Shown: in pieces, positions 50,319-58,771 of the stretch
How positions within the stretch are numbered: the first letter of the stretch is position 1
How the letters are laid out: the number at the start of each line of letters is the position of its first letter
Assembly: GCA_038063735.1 (NCBI GenBank)
Contig: JBBTUN010000010.1
Location: forward strand, 1-60,124
Direction of reading: 5' to 3'
Source of the DNA: Patescibacteria group bacterium
GTDB lineage: Bacteria > Patescibacteriota > Microgenomatia > Curtissbacterales > GWA2-41-24
DNA: 60,124 bases
Notes under the pieces: model-generated
Told to the model about the DNA's origin: nothing
The model's input: the letters and a program-made list of their open reading frames with translations, nothing else
The model's database searches: none
Position numbers and translations under genes: made by a program

Positions 50319-50723
50319 CTATTGAAAGTTTATTAGTTTGCCATTTTCGTCCAGCTCGATGAAATGGTGGACCCTGCCTTCACGAAAATCCGCACACTGA
50401 TTTTTTGGATCGTCGTCTATTTTCTGTCTTGGCTTGTGTGCTATGTCCAAAACCCAATCATCTGCAACTTTGCCTAGGCATGGCCCATTGACCATATCAA
50501 GCCCTTCTTGTTTATTTTTGATGTAAAGATTCAGCGCGTTTTTGAGGGCATCTTCATTGTCTTTGAAATCGGCAGGAGTCGAGGTTGGCTTTGCGATTGC
50601 ACCACTTGCTTGGGGCTCTTTTGTTGGTGCTGTTACGGTACTACGCGTGGAGGCAAGGTAAACAATGGTGAAAAGCACAACGAATCCAGTTACAATGGCA
50701 AGTGAATATAATATTTTTTTCAC
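50319..50723 (-). CDS. secreted/anchored hypothetical protein
   Basis: 134 aa with an N-terminal hydrophobic helix and two conserved-looking Cys residues. Confidence 0.4.
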   Translation of the reverse strand: MKKILYSLAIVTGFVVLFTIVYLASTRSTVTAPTKEPQASGAIAKPTSTPADFKDNEDALKNALNLYIKNKQEGLDMVNGPCLGKVADDWVLDIAHKPRQKIDDDPKNQCADFREGRVHHFIELDENGKLINFQ

Positions 50724-50773
50724 TGTTTTTATTTTACAACTTTTTGTGGGCCCTCTGTTTAGATTTATTTGGT

Positions 50774-51883
50774 CTATTTAATTTCAATAAATTTTGCAGC
50801 CCTTCCAAGGACTTTTGCGCCATGCGTGCCCACCACAACCAGGTCTTCCAGGCGAACACCACCCCATTTAAAGTAAAGGCCGGGTTCTACGGAGAAAATC
50901 ATGCCGCGTTCTAAAATGTCTTTTGATTTTGCTCCCAGAGACGGCCCTTCGTGAACTTGTAGGCCTATACCGTGGCCGAGTGAGTGCAAGAAGTGGTCAC
51001 CAACGCCAACTTTTTTAAAGGTGTGAGCTGCAGATTCAAAAACCGCTTTTGCTTTGATCTTCGGCTTAATATTGGCGATTGCTGCTTTTTGGGCTTTTAG
51101 CACAAGGTTAAATATTTTTCTTTGCTCTCCACTTGCTTTTCCTATAAAAACCGTTCGGGAAAAATCGGCGCAATAGTTTTGGTATTTGGCTCCAAAGTCA
51201 AACAGAAGTGTATCGCCAATTACTAGTCGTCTATCGCTGGTGACGTGATGAGGTTTGGCGGAATTTGGACCGGAGGCAACAATAGGTTCGAAAGCCTGGC
51301 TTTGGTGCGTAAAGTGCCAAGTTATGGATTTTAGCTTTTCTGATATTTCTGCTTCTGTCTGGCCGATTTTGATTGTTTTTAAAATTTGTGTGAATGCGCG
51401 ACTTGTAATGTTTTGGGCTTTTTCTATCTTTTCTATTTCTTTTTCTGTCTTAACTGCTCGTAAATTTTCTATTAAATGATTAGTGGGGGTAAGCTTGGAT
51501 TTTTTTGCCAAAAGTCTAAATTTTTTGTGCTCTGCTACGGTTATGTCGTGAGCTTCAAAACCCACCTTCGCTAAAGCTTCGGTGGGCAAGCCCACCTGCA
51601 AACTATCTTTGATAAAGTCTTCATATTCGTTTCTTTCTGTAGCGATTTTTACTATTAAATTGTCAGACTTCAATTTTGAGGCCTCGGCTTGGTAAAGTCT
51701 TGCGGTGATTAGCGTCGATTTGTTTTTACCAATTACCAAAAGCGCCTCTCGTTCTTGCGGCGAAACGCCTTTAAAACCGGTTAGGTAAAAAATGTTTACC
51801 TGGTTGGTTATTAAAAGACCATCGAGTTTATTATCGTTTAATAGTTGTTGTACTTTGTCCTGCATAGCTCTGGAATTATACAA
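50774..51883 (-). CDS. M24-family Xaa-Pro aminopeptidase
   Basis: 'HSLGHGIGLQVHEGP', 'VEPGLY', 'VRLEDLVVV'. Confidence 0.85.
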   Translation of the reverse strand: MYNSRAMQDKVQQLLNDNKLDGLLITNQVNIFYLTGFKGVSPQEREALLVIGKNKSTLITARLYQAEASKLKSDNLIVKIATERNEYEDFIKDSLQVGLPTEALAKVGFEAHDITVAEHKKFRLLAKKSKLTPTNHLIENLRAVKTEKEIEKIEKAQNITSRAFTQILKTIKIGQTEAEISEKLKSITWHFTHQSQAFEPIVASGPNSAKPHHVTSDRRLVIGDTLLFDFGAKYQNYCADFSRTVFIGKASGEQRKIFNLVLKAQKAAIANIKPKIKAKAVFESAAHTFKKVGVGDHFLHSLGHGIGLQVHEGPSLGAKSKDILERGMIFSVEPGLYFKWGGVRLEDLVVVGTHGAKVLGRAAKFIEIK

Positions 51884-51937
51884 GAAGTGTAGTGAGGCTT
51901 GGCAAACTAGCTTTAAACGGGATAAACTTAAGTTATA

Positions 51938-53068
51938 GTGAGGGATGCGGTTGCAGAAATGTTAGAAAAGCCTTTGAGTAGACGAACTTTTAATAGAGGG
52001 CTCGGAGCCGGAGCGTTGGCGGCGGCGGCGGCCTTAAGTGGTTTAGGCTACGGTAAATCAAGGTACCCTGATGTTGTCGGTAGGAAAATTGATGAGAAAT
52101 ATGACCTTTTTTTAAAAAGGGCCAAAGGTGGACTTGAAAGAATTGGTTTTGATTGGGAAAAAGGTAAGGTTGGGGGAGTAACTATAGAGTCTTTGGCACA
52201 AAATCCCCCGGAAGGGTTCGATTTATTGCTGCCTGGTTTGACGGATGATGAGAAAAAAGTGTTATTTGAGCCAGAAGTAGGCAGGATTCCGGTTGCGGGC
52301 AAAGAGGTGTTGGGGAAATTTGATTATGGTACAGAGCAAGGCCTAATGAACATTTCTACATTGCTTTCTCTTGAAAATAGAATCAGAGAAAAGATGGTAA
52401 ACAATGCAGACGACCGTGTTGTTGGTTTGAGCGAGCTTACTCCAAGGTTTTTGACCGCGCTGGCTGCGACAGAATCTGGAGGAGACCCGCATGCGGAATC
52501 TGATGCCGGAGCTTGTGGAATATTTCAAATAATGCCACATATTGGTGAAGCGATGGGTTTGACGGTAGTAAGGGACAAGGAGGAGCCTGATAGGCTTACC
52601 AAGGATCAGAGGTTTAATGTTGATGATTCTACCAACGCAATTTTAACGTATATTGCTGATGAAGACGGCAGATTTAAAAATTTAGGCTACGATTTGCAGG
52701 CAGTTCATGATGGCGCGCCCAATTTATATAGAGCTATTAAAAAATATGTTGAGTTTAATTATGGTTTTCCTCTTCCAGAAACAGATTTTGATGTAGATTT
52801 TGGAACAGAAGACGCAAACATGTCTGAGGTAGAAAGACAAAAGGATATGTATAGGTCAGTAGTAGCGGGAACGATGCCTATTCATGGTGAGAAAGTAAGG
52901 CCCGTCACGATATATCATTTAATAGAGGATGAATCGACTCGTGGTATGTTTGATGAAGGAAACGACTTGGGCAACCAATATTTGTACAGGATTATAGCTT
53001 CGGAAATGATCATGAGTCAGCTCAAAGTTCAAATTGGTAAACTTGTCCAAATGCCAAAAGCCGCATAA
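51938..53068 (+). CDS. lytic transglycosylase (SLT-domain) protein with a twin-arginine-like signal
   Basis: 'LSRRTFNRGLGAGALAAAAALSG' and 'ATESGGDPHAESDAGACGIFQIMP'. Confidence 0.6.
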   Translation: MRDAVAEMLEKPLSRRTFNRGLGAGALAAAAALSGLGYGKSRYPDVVGRKIDEKYDLFLKRAKGGLERIGFDWEKGKVGGVTIESLAQNPPEGFDLLLPGLTDDEKKVLFEPEVGRIPVAGKEVLGKFDYGTEQGLMNISTLLSLENRIREKMVNNADDRVVGLSELTPRFLTALAATESGGDPHAESDAGACGIFQIMPHIGEAMGLTVVRDKEEPDRLTKDQRFNVDDSTNAILTYIADEDGRFKNLGYDLQAVHDGAPNLYRAIKKYVEFNYGFPLPETDFDVDFGTEDANMSEVERQKDMYRSVVAGTMPIHGEKVRPVTIYHLIEDESTRGMFDEGNDLGNQYLYRIIASEMIMSQLKVQIGKLVQMPKAA

Positions 53069-53140
53069 AAAAGTAGCTTTGGGTATTCAATAAGATTGTT
53101 TCCAGTTTCCAGTATCTAGTTTATAATGACACCTATTGAT

Positions 53141-53211
53141 ACGGGCGTCGTTCAGTGGTAGGACTTCGGTCTCCAAAACCGATAACGAGGGTTCGATTCC
53201 TTCCGCCCGTG
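53141..53211 (+). tRNA. tRNA-Trp (anticodon CCA)
   Basis: ACGGGCG/CGCCCGT acceptor, anticodon arm TCGGT-CTCCAAA-ACCGA, T-arm GAGGG-TTCGATT-CCTTC. Confidence 0.85.
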
Positions 53212-53239
53212 CAAGTATTTCTATCTATCTAACTAATTT

Positions 53240-54697
53240 TTATTGCGGGGATTTGATGCAGTAGTTAAAGGCGCTGTTGTTGGGGATGCCGAGATCCAAA
53301 TATGGCGATGCAGGGTTTGTTACCGGGTCGAAATCGTTCGCTATACATTTTGCGTTGGCATTTCCGTATAATTCAGGGTCGTTGGCGTTTTCGAGTTTTG
53401 TCCACAGAACAAATACTTTTTGGTTTGTAGAAGTCCTGTAACAATAGACATTTGTTGCAAAGTTGTCGCAAGCACCTGTCGTTATTGGTGGATATGTGCA
53501 AGGTAGTGGATCTCCGGTGTTTGTTGCTAGCGGGTCAGTGCATGTGCTTGGCGGCGTGATGACGTCTGCGTATGTAATATCTAATTTTGGAGCATTGCCG
53601 TAAATGGGTCTTGCCGGGTCGCCTGGGTCTGTAACAGAACCGTCGTAAGAAACTCCTATTCTACCAGCACAAGACCCAAGGGGTGTTCCGTTATCAAGCC
53701 AGAATAAAAGTACGTCTCTTGGTGTCGGGCCTGCCCAGCCAGAGAGGCTATTGAGATCACTGATTGAAGACGTAATGTCGAAGGAAACTGTGCCGGGTGG
53801 GTTCCAGACAACGATATCCGGGGGAATTGTCTCGGTTGTATGAGCTTTGTTCATTTCGGTTGCCCACCCGGATCCGTCTGCGGGCGAGGCCGGTGTTAAC
53901 GTTTTTTCTGCACGGAATTTTGTTTTTACAGGTGTGTTTGCGTCGTAAAATGAATCTGGTTGGGGCATACTGTAAGGCGGGACTGCGTTTCTCATTGAAA
54001 AAGTTATTGTAGCTGAGGAGATAGTTTTTCCGGCAGGAATATTGACATTTCTGAACATCATGAAGCTATTTCTTGTGTTAAGGCAATTCGTTTCAAATGG
54101 TTTTCCGACAGGTACATCGCTGACTGCGGTGTCAAAAAATCCGGTGCTGGGTCCGGAACTGATGTATTTTCCGTCGTCTGCTGAGGCTGTTACCGAATAA
54201 GAGACATTATTTGTTGCAGCGACCTGACCATTTGCAGCTGTTTGTTGATTGTACGGATAGTTCATGATTGTTTTTACAATGTTTGCGAGTTGGGAAATTA
54301 CGCTGGTTTGCAAAGGGTCCTTTGGTAATTTATCAAGATAGCCGGCGAGGTTTGGAATCCACGACTCACTATAAGGATATGAAACATAATCCAGTGATGG
54401 GTTGGCGACTAAATCTGTAGGTGGATAGTGGTGATTGTCGGTAAAATATGCTGTTAGGGCACTAGCGACTGCCGAGAGGTCACCCTTTCTCCTGGCGTCC
54501 TTACCTTTTTCGCGTGCGTTGTTGGTGGAATATAAAATTGCGCTTGCAAGAACTGCCATTATTCCAACAACGACCAGGATTTCGATGAGAGTGAAAGCGG
54601 GCTTGGTTCGTGGTTCGTGGTTGGTGGTTCGTGGTCTGTTAAATTTTTTTCTGAGACTGTGAACTATGAACCATAAACTACTAACTATCTTGGGCAT
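53240..54697 (-). CDS. large type IV pilin-like protein (485 aa)
   Basis: 'AFTLIEILVVVGIMAVLASAILYSTNNAREKGKDARRKGDL'. The large C-terminal domain ends 'NYCIKSPQ'. The leader is encoded by heptamer arrays. Confidence 0.75.
   Translation of the reverse strand: MPKIVSSLWFIVHSLRKKFNRPRTTNHEPRTKPAFTLIEILVVVGIMAVLASAILYSTNNAREKGKDARRKGDLSAVASALTAYFTDNHHYPPTDLVANPSLDYVSYPYSESWIPNLAGYLDKLPKDPLQTSVISQLANIVKTIMNYPYNQQTAANGQVAATNNVSYSVTASADDGKYISSGPSTGFFDTAVSDVPVGKPFETNCLNTRNSFMMFRNVNIPAGKTISSATITFSMRNAVPPYSMPQPDSFYDANTPVKTKFRAEKTLTPASPADGSGWATEMNKAHTTETIPPDIVVWNPPGTVSFDITSSISDLNSLSGWAGPTPRDVLLFWLDNGTPLGSCAGRIGVSYDGSVTDPGDPARPIYGNAPKLDITYADVITPPSTCTDPLATNTGDPLPCTYPPITTGACDNFATNVYCYRTSTNQKVFVLWTKLENANDPELYGNANAKCIANDFDPVTNPASPYLDLGIPNNSAFNYCIKSPQ
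54604..54690. repeat. bipartite heptamer arrays inside the pilin leader
   Basis: tggttcgtggttcgtggttggtggttcgtgg (54604-54634), then the A/T-rich spacer, then ctgtgaactatgaaccataaactactaactatc (54657-54690). Confidence 0.9.
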
Positions 54698-54738
54698 TAG
54701 TTTAAGGTTAACGCTTTTTGATGATTAGATCAAGAAAA

Positions 54739-56742
54739 CTATCTGGGGGAACGGATACAATAGTTGAGATAATGTGAGCTGCCGCCAGGTGGTGGTACGA
54801 TTGTTGAGTCATTGTCGTTACAGACGGCGCTGTCTTTAGGGCTATTATAAATATCCGGATCGCCAGTGTTTTCTAGTTGTATCCAAAGAACAAAATTTTT
54901 TCGGTTTGACGAGACTCGATAGCAGATTATGAAACTTTTATCGTTGCAAGCGGTACCTGTGCCTGAACCCCCGGGAAGATCCGGCGGAATTATGGGTGGT
55001 TCGGGATTGACTATTACAGAGCATGTCGCGTTTTGAGCACCACTTGTTACAGTCACGGTGAATGGGGAGCCTACGGAAGTGTTATATGATGTGGAAAACG
55101 GAGTGCCGCTTCCGGTGGTGTTGGATGAATTAGGTGCGGACCATGAATAGGTTCCGGTTCCTCCGGACGCTGCAAAGGAAGCGTTTGCGTTTGGTAACGT
55201 GAATGTTTGTGAGGCCGGACTGCAGACAAGTGGCGTTGCGGAGACATTTACCGACAAAGTATCTGAACCGGTTCCCCCGGGGCCGGTGCAAGTTAGATCG
55301 TACACCGTAGTGGCTGTTAGGTTTGTTGTATCGAATCCGGGAGGGTCTGCCATAGAAATTGCGCTGCTTGTAGTAGGACCGCCTGTCAGGGAACACGATG
55401 CGTCTGTGGAGTTTGCAACTGACCAGCTAAGGCGTGCGTTTGTGCCGCTGGTGATGTTGATAGAATTTCCTTGTGGTGTGCCGCCACTTTCGGGTCTGCC
55501 TTTTAGGTCTGGAATTGGTGCTGGTGTTGACCAGTTAATGGTTATGATGGGGGCTGTTCCAAGGCCGACTGCCGCACCGTCGTTGGCAACCGGCACCCTG
55601 CCGCCGCAATTAGGGTAAGCGCCTGGATTAGTTGTTCCGTCGTCTTCCCAATATATGTTTATATGCAGTGAAGAGTTGGTCCATCCCGATTGGTTTACTA
55701 AATCCTGGATTATTGTTTTGAGATCGGGGCTTTTGAGGTCGTTGGGGTTTACCGGAGTTGGATACCAGACAGGTATAGGTGTTGAGGAGTTTGCCCCCCA
55801 TTTGATTACACCTGCATCAGCTGTTTTTGGACGGCTTCCCCAATCGTTACCATCTACTATTTGCTGCGCATTTGTACTTAATTCAGCTCGAAACCTGCTT
55901 TTTATAAAACCTGGGGCTACGGCGTTAGAAGAATTGTCACCCACTCCACTATCGTTTCTTGGAGTAAAGGCAATTGTGGCACTATCGACAGTGCTGTCTT
56001 TTGGGATAGGGCCATTTAGGGTAAATCGCATGTAGGAATCTCGAGTTTGGGCACATTCAAATGGATGCCCCATCGGATTGTCGGTAACTGTGTTTTGAAA
56101 CTCATTGTTCTCCCTTATTCGTTTTGCATCGTCTTCGGAGGCTACGATAGTACCTGTTACTGACCCGGCAGCGGCGACACGGCCAGTAACATTTTTAGAT
56201 TGAGCAAGGTTATTAGCTGTTGTATTAAGTGAATTGAAAGGTTTTTTAATGATCATGGCAACCTGTTGAATTAAACTTGCTGTGGGGTCTTTGGGAATTT
56301 TTTGTAGATAAGGTGCTAGATCCGGGATCCAGTTTTCGTTGTAAGGATAGGATGAATAATCCAAGTTGAGGTTGGTTGTGTCAGTGGGTGGGTAGTGTCC
56401 GAAGTCGGCATAATAGGCAACCAGAGCGGTGGCGATTGCTTGCAAATCACCTTTTCTCCTGGCGTCCTTACCTTTTTCGCGCGCGTTGTTGGTGGAGTAT
56501 AAAATTGCGCTTGCAAGAACTGCCATTATTCCAACAACGACCAGGATTTCGATGAGAGTGAAACCACGTTTGGTTCGTGGTCGGTGGTTCGTCCTTCCTT
56601 TGTCAGGATAAATGGTTGGTAGTATATTAGATTTTTTTCTGAACCTATTAACTATGAACCCTTCATGAATCAGGGTAAACCATGAACTATTAACTATTTT
56701 ATGCACTATCTTCAGGTTAATTGGTTTTGGGGTCAAAATCAA
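54739..56742 (-). CDS. very large type IV pilin-like protein (667 aa)
   Basis: 'GFTLIEILVVVGIMAVLASAILYSTNNAREKGKDARRKGDL' is nearly identical to the 53240 paralog at the DNA level. The C-terminus is 'NYCIRSPR'. The TTG start is uncertain. Confidence 0.7.
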   Translation of the reverse strand: MILTPKPINLKIVHKIVNSSWFTLIHEGFIVNRFRKKSNILPTIYPDKGRTNHRPRTKRGFTLIEILVVVGIMAVLASAILYSTNNAREKGKDARRKGDLQAIATALVAYYADFGHYPPTDTTNLNLDYSSYPYNENWIPDLAPYLQKIPKDPTASLIQQVAMIIKKPFNSLNTTANNLAQSKNVTGRVAAAGSVTGTIVASEDDAKRIRENNEFQNTVTDNPMGHPFECAQTRDSYMRFTLNGPIPKDSTVDSATIAFTPRNDSGVGDNSSNAVAPGFIKSRFRAELSTNAQQIVDGNDWGSRPKTADAGVIKWGANSSTPIPVWYPTPVNPNDLKSPDLKTIIQDLVNQSGWTNSSLHINIYWEDDGTTNPGAYPNCGGRVPVANDGAAVGLGTAPIITINWSTPAPIPDLKGRPESGGTPQGNSINITSGTNARLSWSVANSTDASCSLTGGPTTSSAISMADPPGFDTTNLTATTVYDLTCTGPGGTGSDTLSVNVSATPLVCSPASQTFTLPNANASFAASGGTGTYSWSAPNSSNTTGSGTPFSTSYNTSVGSPFTVTVTSGAQNATCSVIVNPEPPIIPPDLPGGSGTGTACNDKSFIICYRVSSNRKNFVLWIQLENTGDPDIYNSPKDSAVCNDNDSTIVPPPGGSSHYLNYCIRSPR
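56570..56697. repeat. bipartite heptamer arrays plus a degenerate second 'FTLI' codon string in the pilin leader
   Basis: ttggttcgtggtcggtggttcgt (56570-56592). 56641-56697 reads gaacctattaactatgaacccttcatgaatcagggtaaaccatgaactattaactat. Confidence 0.85.
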
Positions 56743-56752
56743 GGCTGCGGAG

Positions 56753-56852
56753 AAATTTTTAATTTTTAATTTAAAATTTTTATTAAAATCATAATTTTAA
56801 AAAATTTAAACAATTAAAATTGATTTAAAATTTAGAACTTAAAATTTAAAAT
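56753..56852. repeat. AT-only heptamer-like array (ATTTTAA/AATTTAA family)
   Basis: aaatttttaatttttaatttaaaatttttattaaaatcataattttaaaaaatttaaacaattaaaattgatttaaaatttagaacttaaaatttaaaatt. Confidence 0.8.
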
Positions 56853-56857
56853 TGGGC

Positions 56858-57046
56858 TTAGACTTTTGCTTCTTTGTGTTCCTGGACCTTACGACACCGT
56901 TTGCAGTATTTTTTTAGAGCTATTTTTACATTTTGGCCTTTGTTTTTAATGGTCATGTTGTCCGTGTTTTTTTCTGTCACGTAGTTTTGCGACTTACAAA
57001 CTGTGCACGTTAGATTTATTATTGTTCGCCTTGATTTTTTTGCCAT
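56858..57046 (-). CDS. rpmG: ribosomal protein bL33
   Basis: '[18 protein letters not shown]...[17 protein letters not shown]' (Cys4 type). Confidence 0.9.
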   Translation of the reverse strand: MAKKSRRTIINLTCTVCKSQNYVTEKNTDNMTIKNKGQNVKIALKKYCKRCRKVQEHKEAKV

Positions 57047-57106
57047 GTTGATTAGTTAGATAGTTTGGTAGTTCGATAGATCGATAGTTGGTTAGTTCGT
57101 TAGAAC
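57047..57106. repeat. degenerate heptamer array (TAGTTNG family)
   Basis: gttgattagttagatagtttggtagttcgatagatcgatagttggttagttcgttagaac, lying between the four-helix-bundle gene and rpmG. Confidence 0.75.
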
Positions 57107-57126
57107 TTGACAGTGTGTCAGTATAA

Positions 57127-57498
57127 CTAATCTTGGAGTGATTGTTCAAGCCTGTAAAGCATTTTGGATATTTCTGTTGCAAGATTGTATGCATGATTAA
57201 ATTCTGAATTATCAATGTAAGTTAGTTGTTCAACAATGTGGAGACAAGTTAGAGACTCTCTTAAAGAACCTAGGGAATCATGAAGAAATTTTCTAAAATC
57301 TTTTTTTGTTCTTCGACCTGATCCCTCTGCAATATTTAAGGCGATTGATACGGCTGATCTTCTGATTTGGGATTGAAGGCCGAATATTTCACTTTTGGGA
57401 AACTTCGTGCTTATTTTGTAAATATAAAGTGAGTATTCTACCGCTTTTTGCCAGACTAGGAGCTTTTCGAATCTAAAACTTGCTATCTGCCTATCCAT
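57127..57498 (-). CDS. four-helix-bundle protein (23S rRNA IVS protein / Avd-like family), second copy
   Basis: 'FEKLLVWQKAVEYSLYIYKISTKFPKSEIFGLQSQIRRSAVSIALNIAEGSGRRTKKDFRKFLHDSLGSLRE'. Confidence 0.8.
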   Translation of the reverse strand: MDRQIASFRFEKLLVWQKAVEYSLYIYKISTKFPKSEIFGLQSQIRRSAVSIALNIAEGSGRRTKKDFRKFLHDSLGSLRESLTCLHIVEQLTYIDNSEFNHAYNLATEISKMLYRLEQSLQD

Positions 57499-57514
57499 CT
57501 AACGAACTACCCAT

Positions 57515-58771
57515 CTAATTACTATATTTGTATGTCCCTTTTATTATTTGCCAGGACCCTCCGGGGCCTGTAGTAAATTGGGCTGATGCAAGACCTGAAT
57601 CGTAAGTGAGGCTTGCGCTGTTTTTGATAAGCATCGATTTGGAGACCAGCGCTGTTACCTGGGCCGAGTTTGAAAGCTCTGAACCGCCGTCGAGGGCGTA
57701 GAATATGGCATTGACACCGCTATTTTGGATTTTTACAGCATCGCTTGCCGTTGATGTGGTTGCCACAAGTATGTAACCCTTAGGACTAGAGCTAGTAGGT
57801 GTAAAACCGCCGCTATTTGCTGTGACGATTTTCCCTCCAACTATGAGCACAGAGCCGCTGGATCCAAATGAGTTGTTAAGTTTTAGGGAGGCAGAGTTTT
57901 GGATGGTAACATCGCCTGTTACATATATGGGGCCGTTCATTATGGCGGTTGCAGTGTTGGAGAGTGTCAGGTTGCCAATATACTTTTGCGGCCCAAGGTT
58001 TGGTGAGCCGCTCGATATGGAGCACGTACCGGTGCAGTTAGTAATCCCTCCTGCTGTTGCAGCATCTTGCCAATATTGGTAATCAAGTGTTGGCATTTGA
58101 GATGCTGTTTGGTTTTGGTGTTTTGTGCCTGTGACGGTGGGATCGGGAGTTGTGATTGTCCCGACCGCGTAGGCATTCCCGACAATCCTGGATGACCCGG
58201 TACCGCTTATGCTGCCAGCCCCGGTTTTGTTTGAATAGACCGTGCCGGTGATAGTTGCTGAATTTTCCATATCGACACCACCGGTGCCCACTTGAACCGC
58301 GTAATTAAATTCTATGATAGTGTTGTCTATGCCTACATCAAGTTTAATTACCCTTTTGTTTTTCGGTGAGGTAGCGTTTGGGACGTAACCCGTTGCTGTT
58401 ACAGTTTTAAGGTTTGATGATTTGTTTGCGACGGTTACTGTGAACGTGCCGGTTGTGCCAAGCGCTGTGTTTGTTTCTCCCGAATAAGCGCCGGCAGTTT
58501 GGTTGAGCTGCCAAAGAGCTCTTTCTATGCCAGCCTCCGAAAGGCTATTTGCTTCTTCTCCCGTAACAGACCCGGAACCAAATCTTAGTAAATCTGCAGT
58601 TCTTCCAAACAGGCTTGCAGTTAGTATTAGAACTACGGCTATAAAAATTAGGCCAAAGACGAGAATTTGGCCGGGATAGTTGGTGGTTGATAGTTGATGG
58701 TTGATAGTCTTTACGGCTTTGCACGTTTTCTTTCCATGAACTACTAACCACGAACTATTAACTAATTTCAT
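57515..58771 (-). CDS. pilus-associated protein with an N-terminal TM helix and a beta-helix-like body (PilX-like position)
   Basis: 'GQILVFGLIFIAVVLILTASLFG', then Gly/Thr/Asn/Ser-rich repeats such as 'GPIYVTGDVTIQNSASLKLNN..GSVLIVGGKIVTAN'. Overlaps the upstream gene by 4 nt. Confidence 0.55.
   Translation of the reverse strand: MKLVNSSWLVVHGKKTCKAVKTINHQLSTTNYPGQILVFGLIFIAVVLILTASLFGRTADLLRFGSGSVTGEEANSLSEAGIERALWQLNQTAGAYSGETNTALGTTGTFTVTVANKSSNLKTVTATGYVPNATSPKNKRVIKLDVGIDNTIIEFNYAVQVGTGGVDMENSATITGTVYSNKTGAGSISGTGSSRIVGNAYAVGTITTPDPTVTGTKHQNQTASQMPTLDYQYWQDAATAGGITNCTGTCSISSGSPNLGPQKYIGNLTLSNTATAIMNGPIYVTGDVTIQNSASLKLNNSFGSSGSVLIVGGKIVTANSGGFTPTSSSPKGYILVATTSTASDAVKIQNSGVNAIFYALDGGSELSNSAQVTALVSKSMLIKNSASLTYDSGLASAQFTTGPGGSWQIIKGTYKYSN
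58676..58768. repeat. bipartite heptamer arrays in the 5' end of the 57515 gene
   Basis: atagttggtggttgatagttgatggttgatagtc (58676-58709) and ccatgaactactaaccacgaactattaactaatt (58735-58768). Confidence 0.9.
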
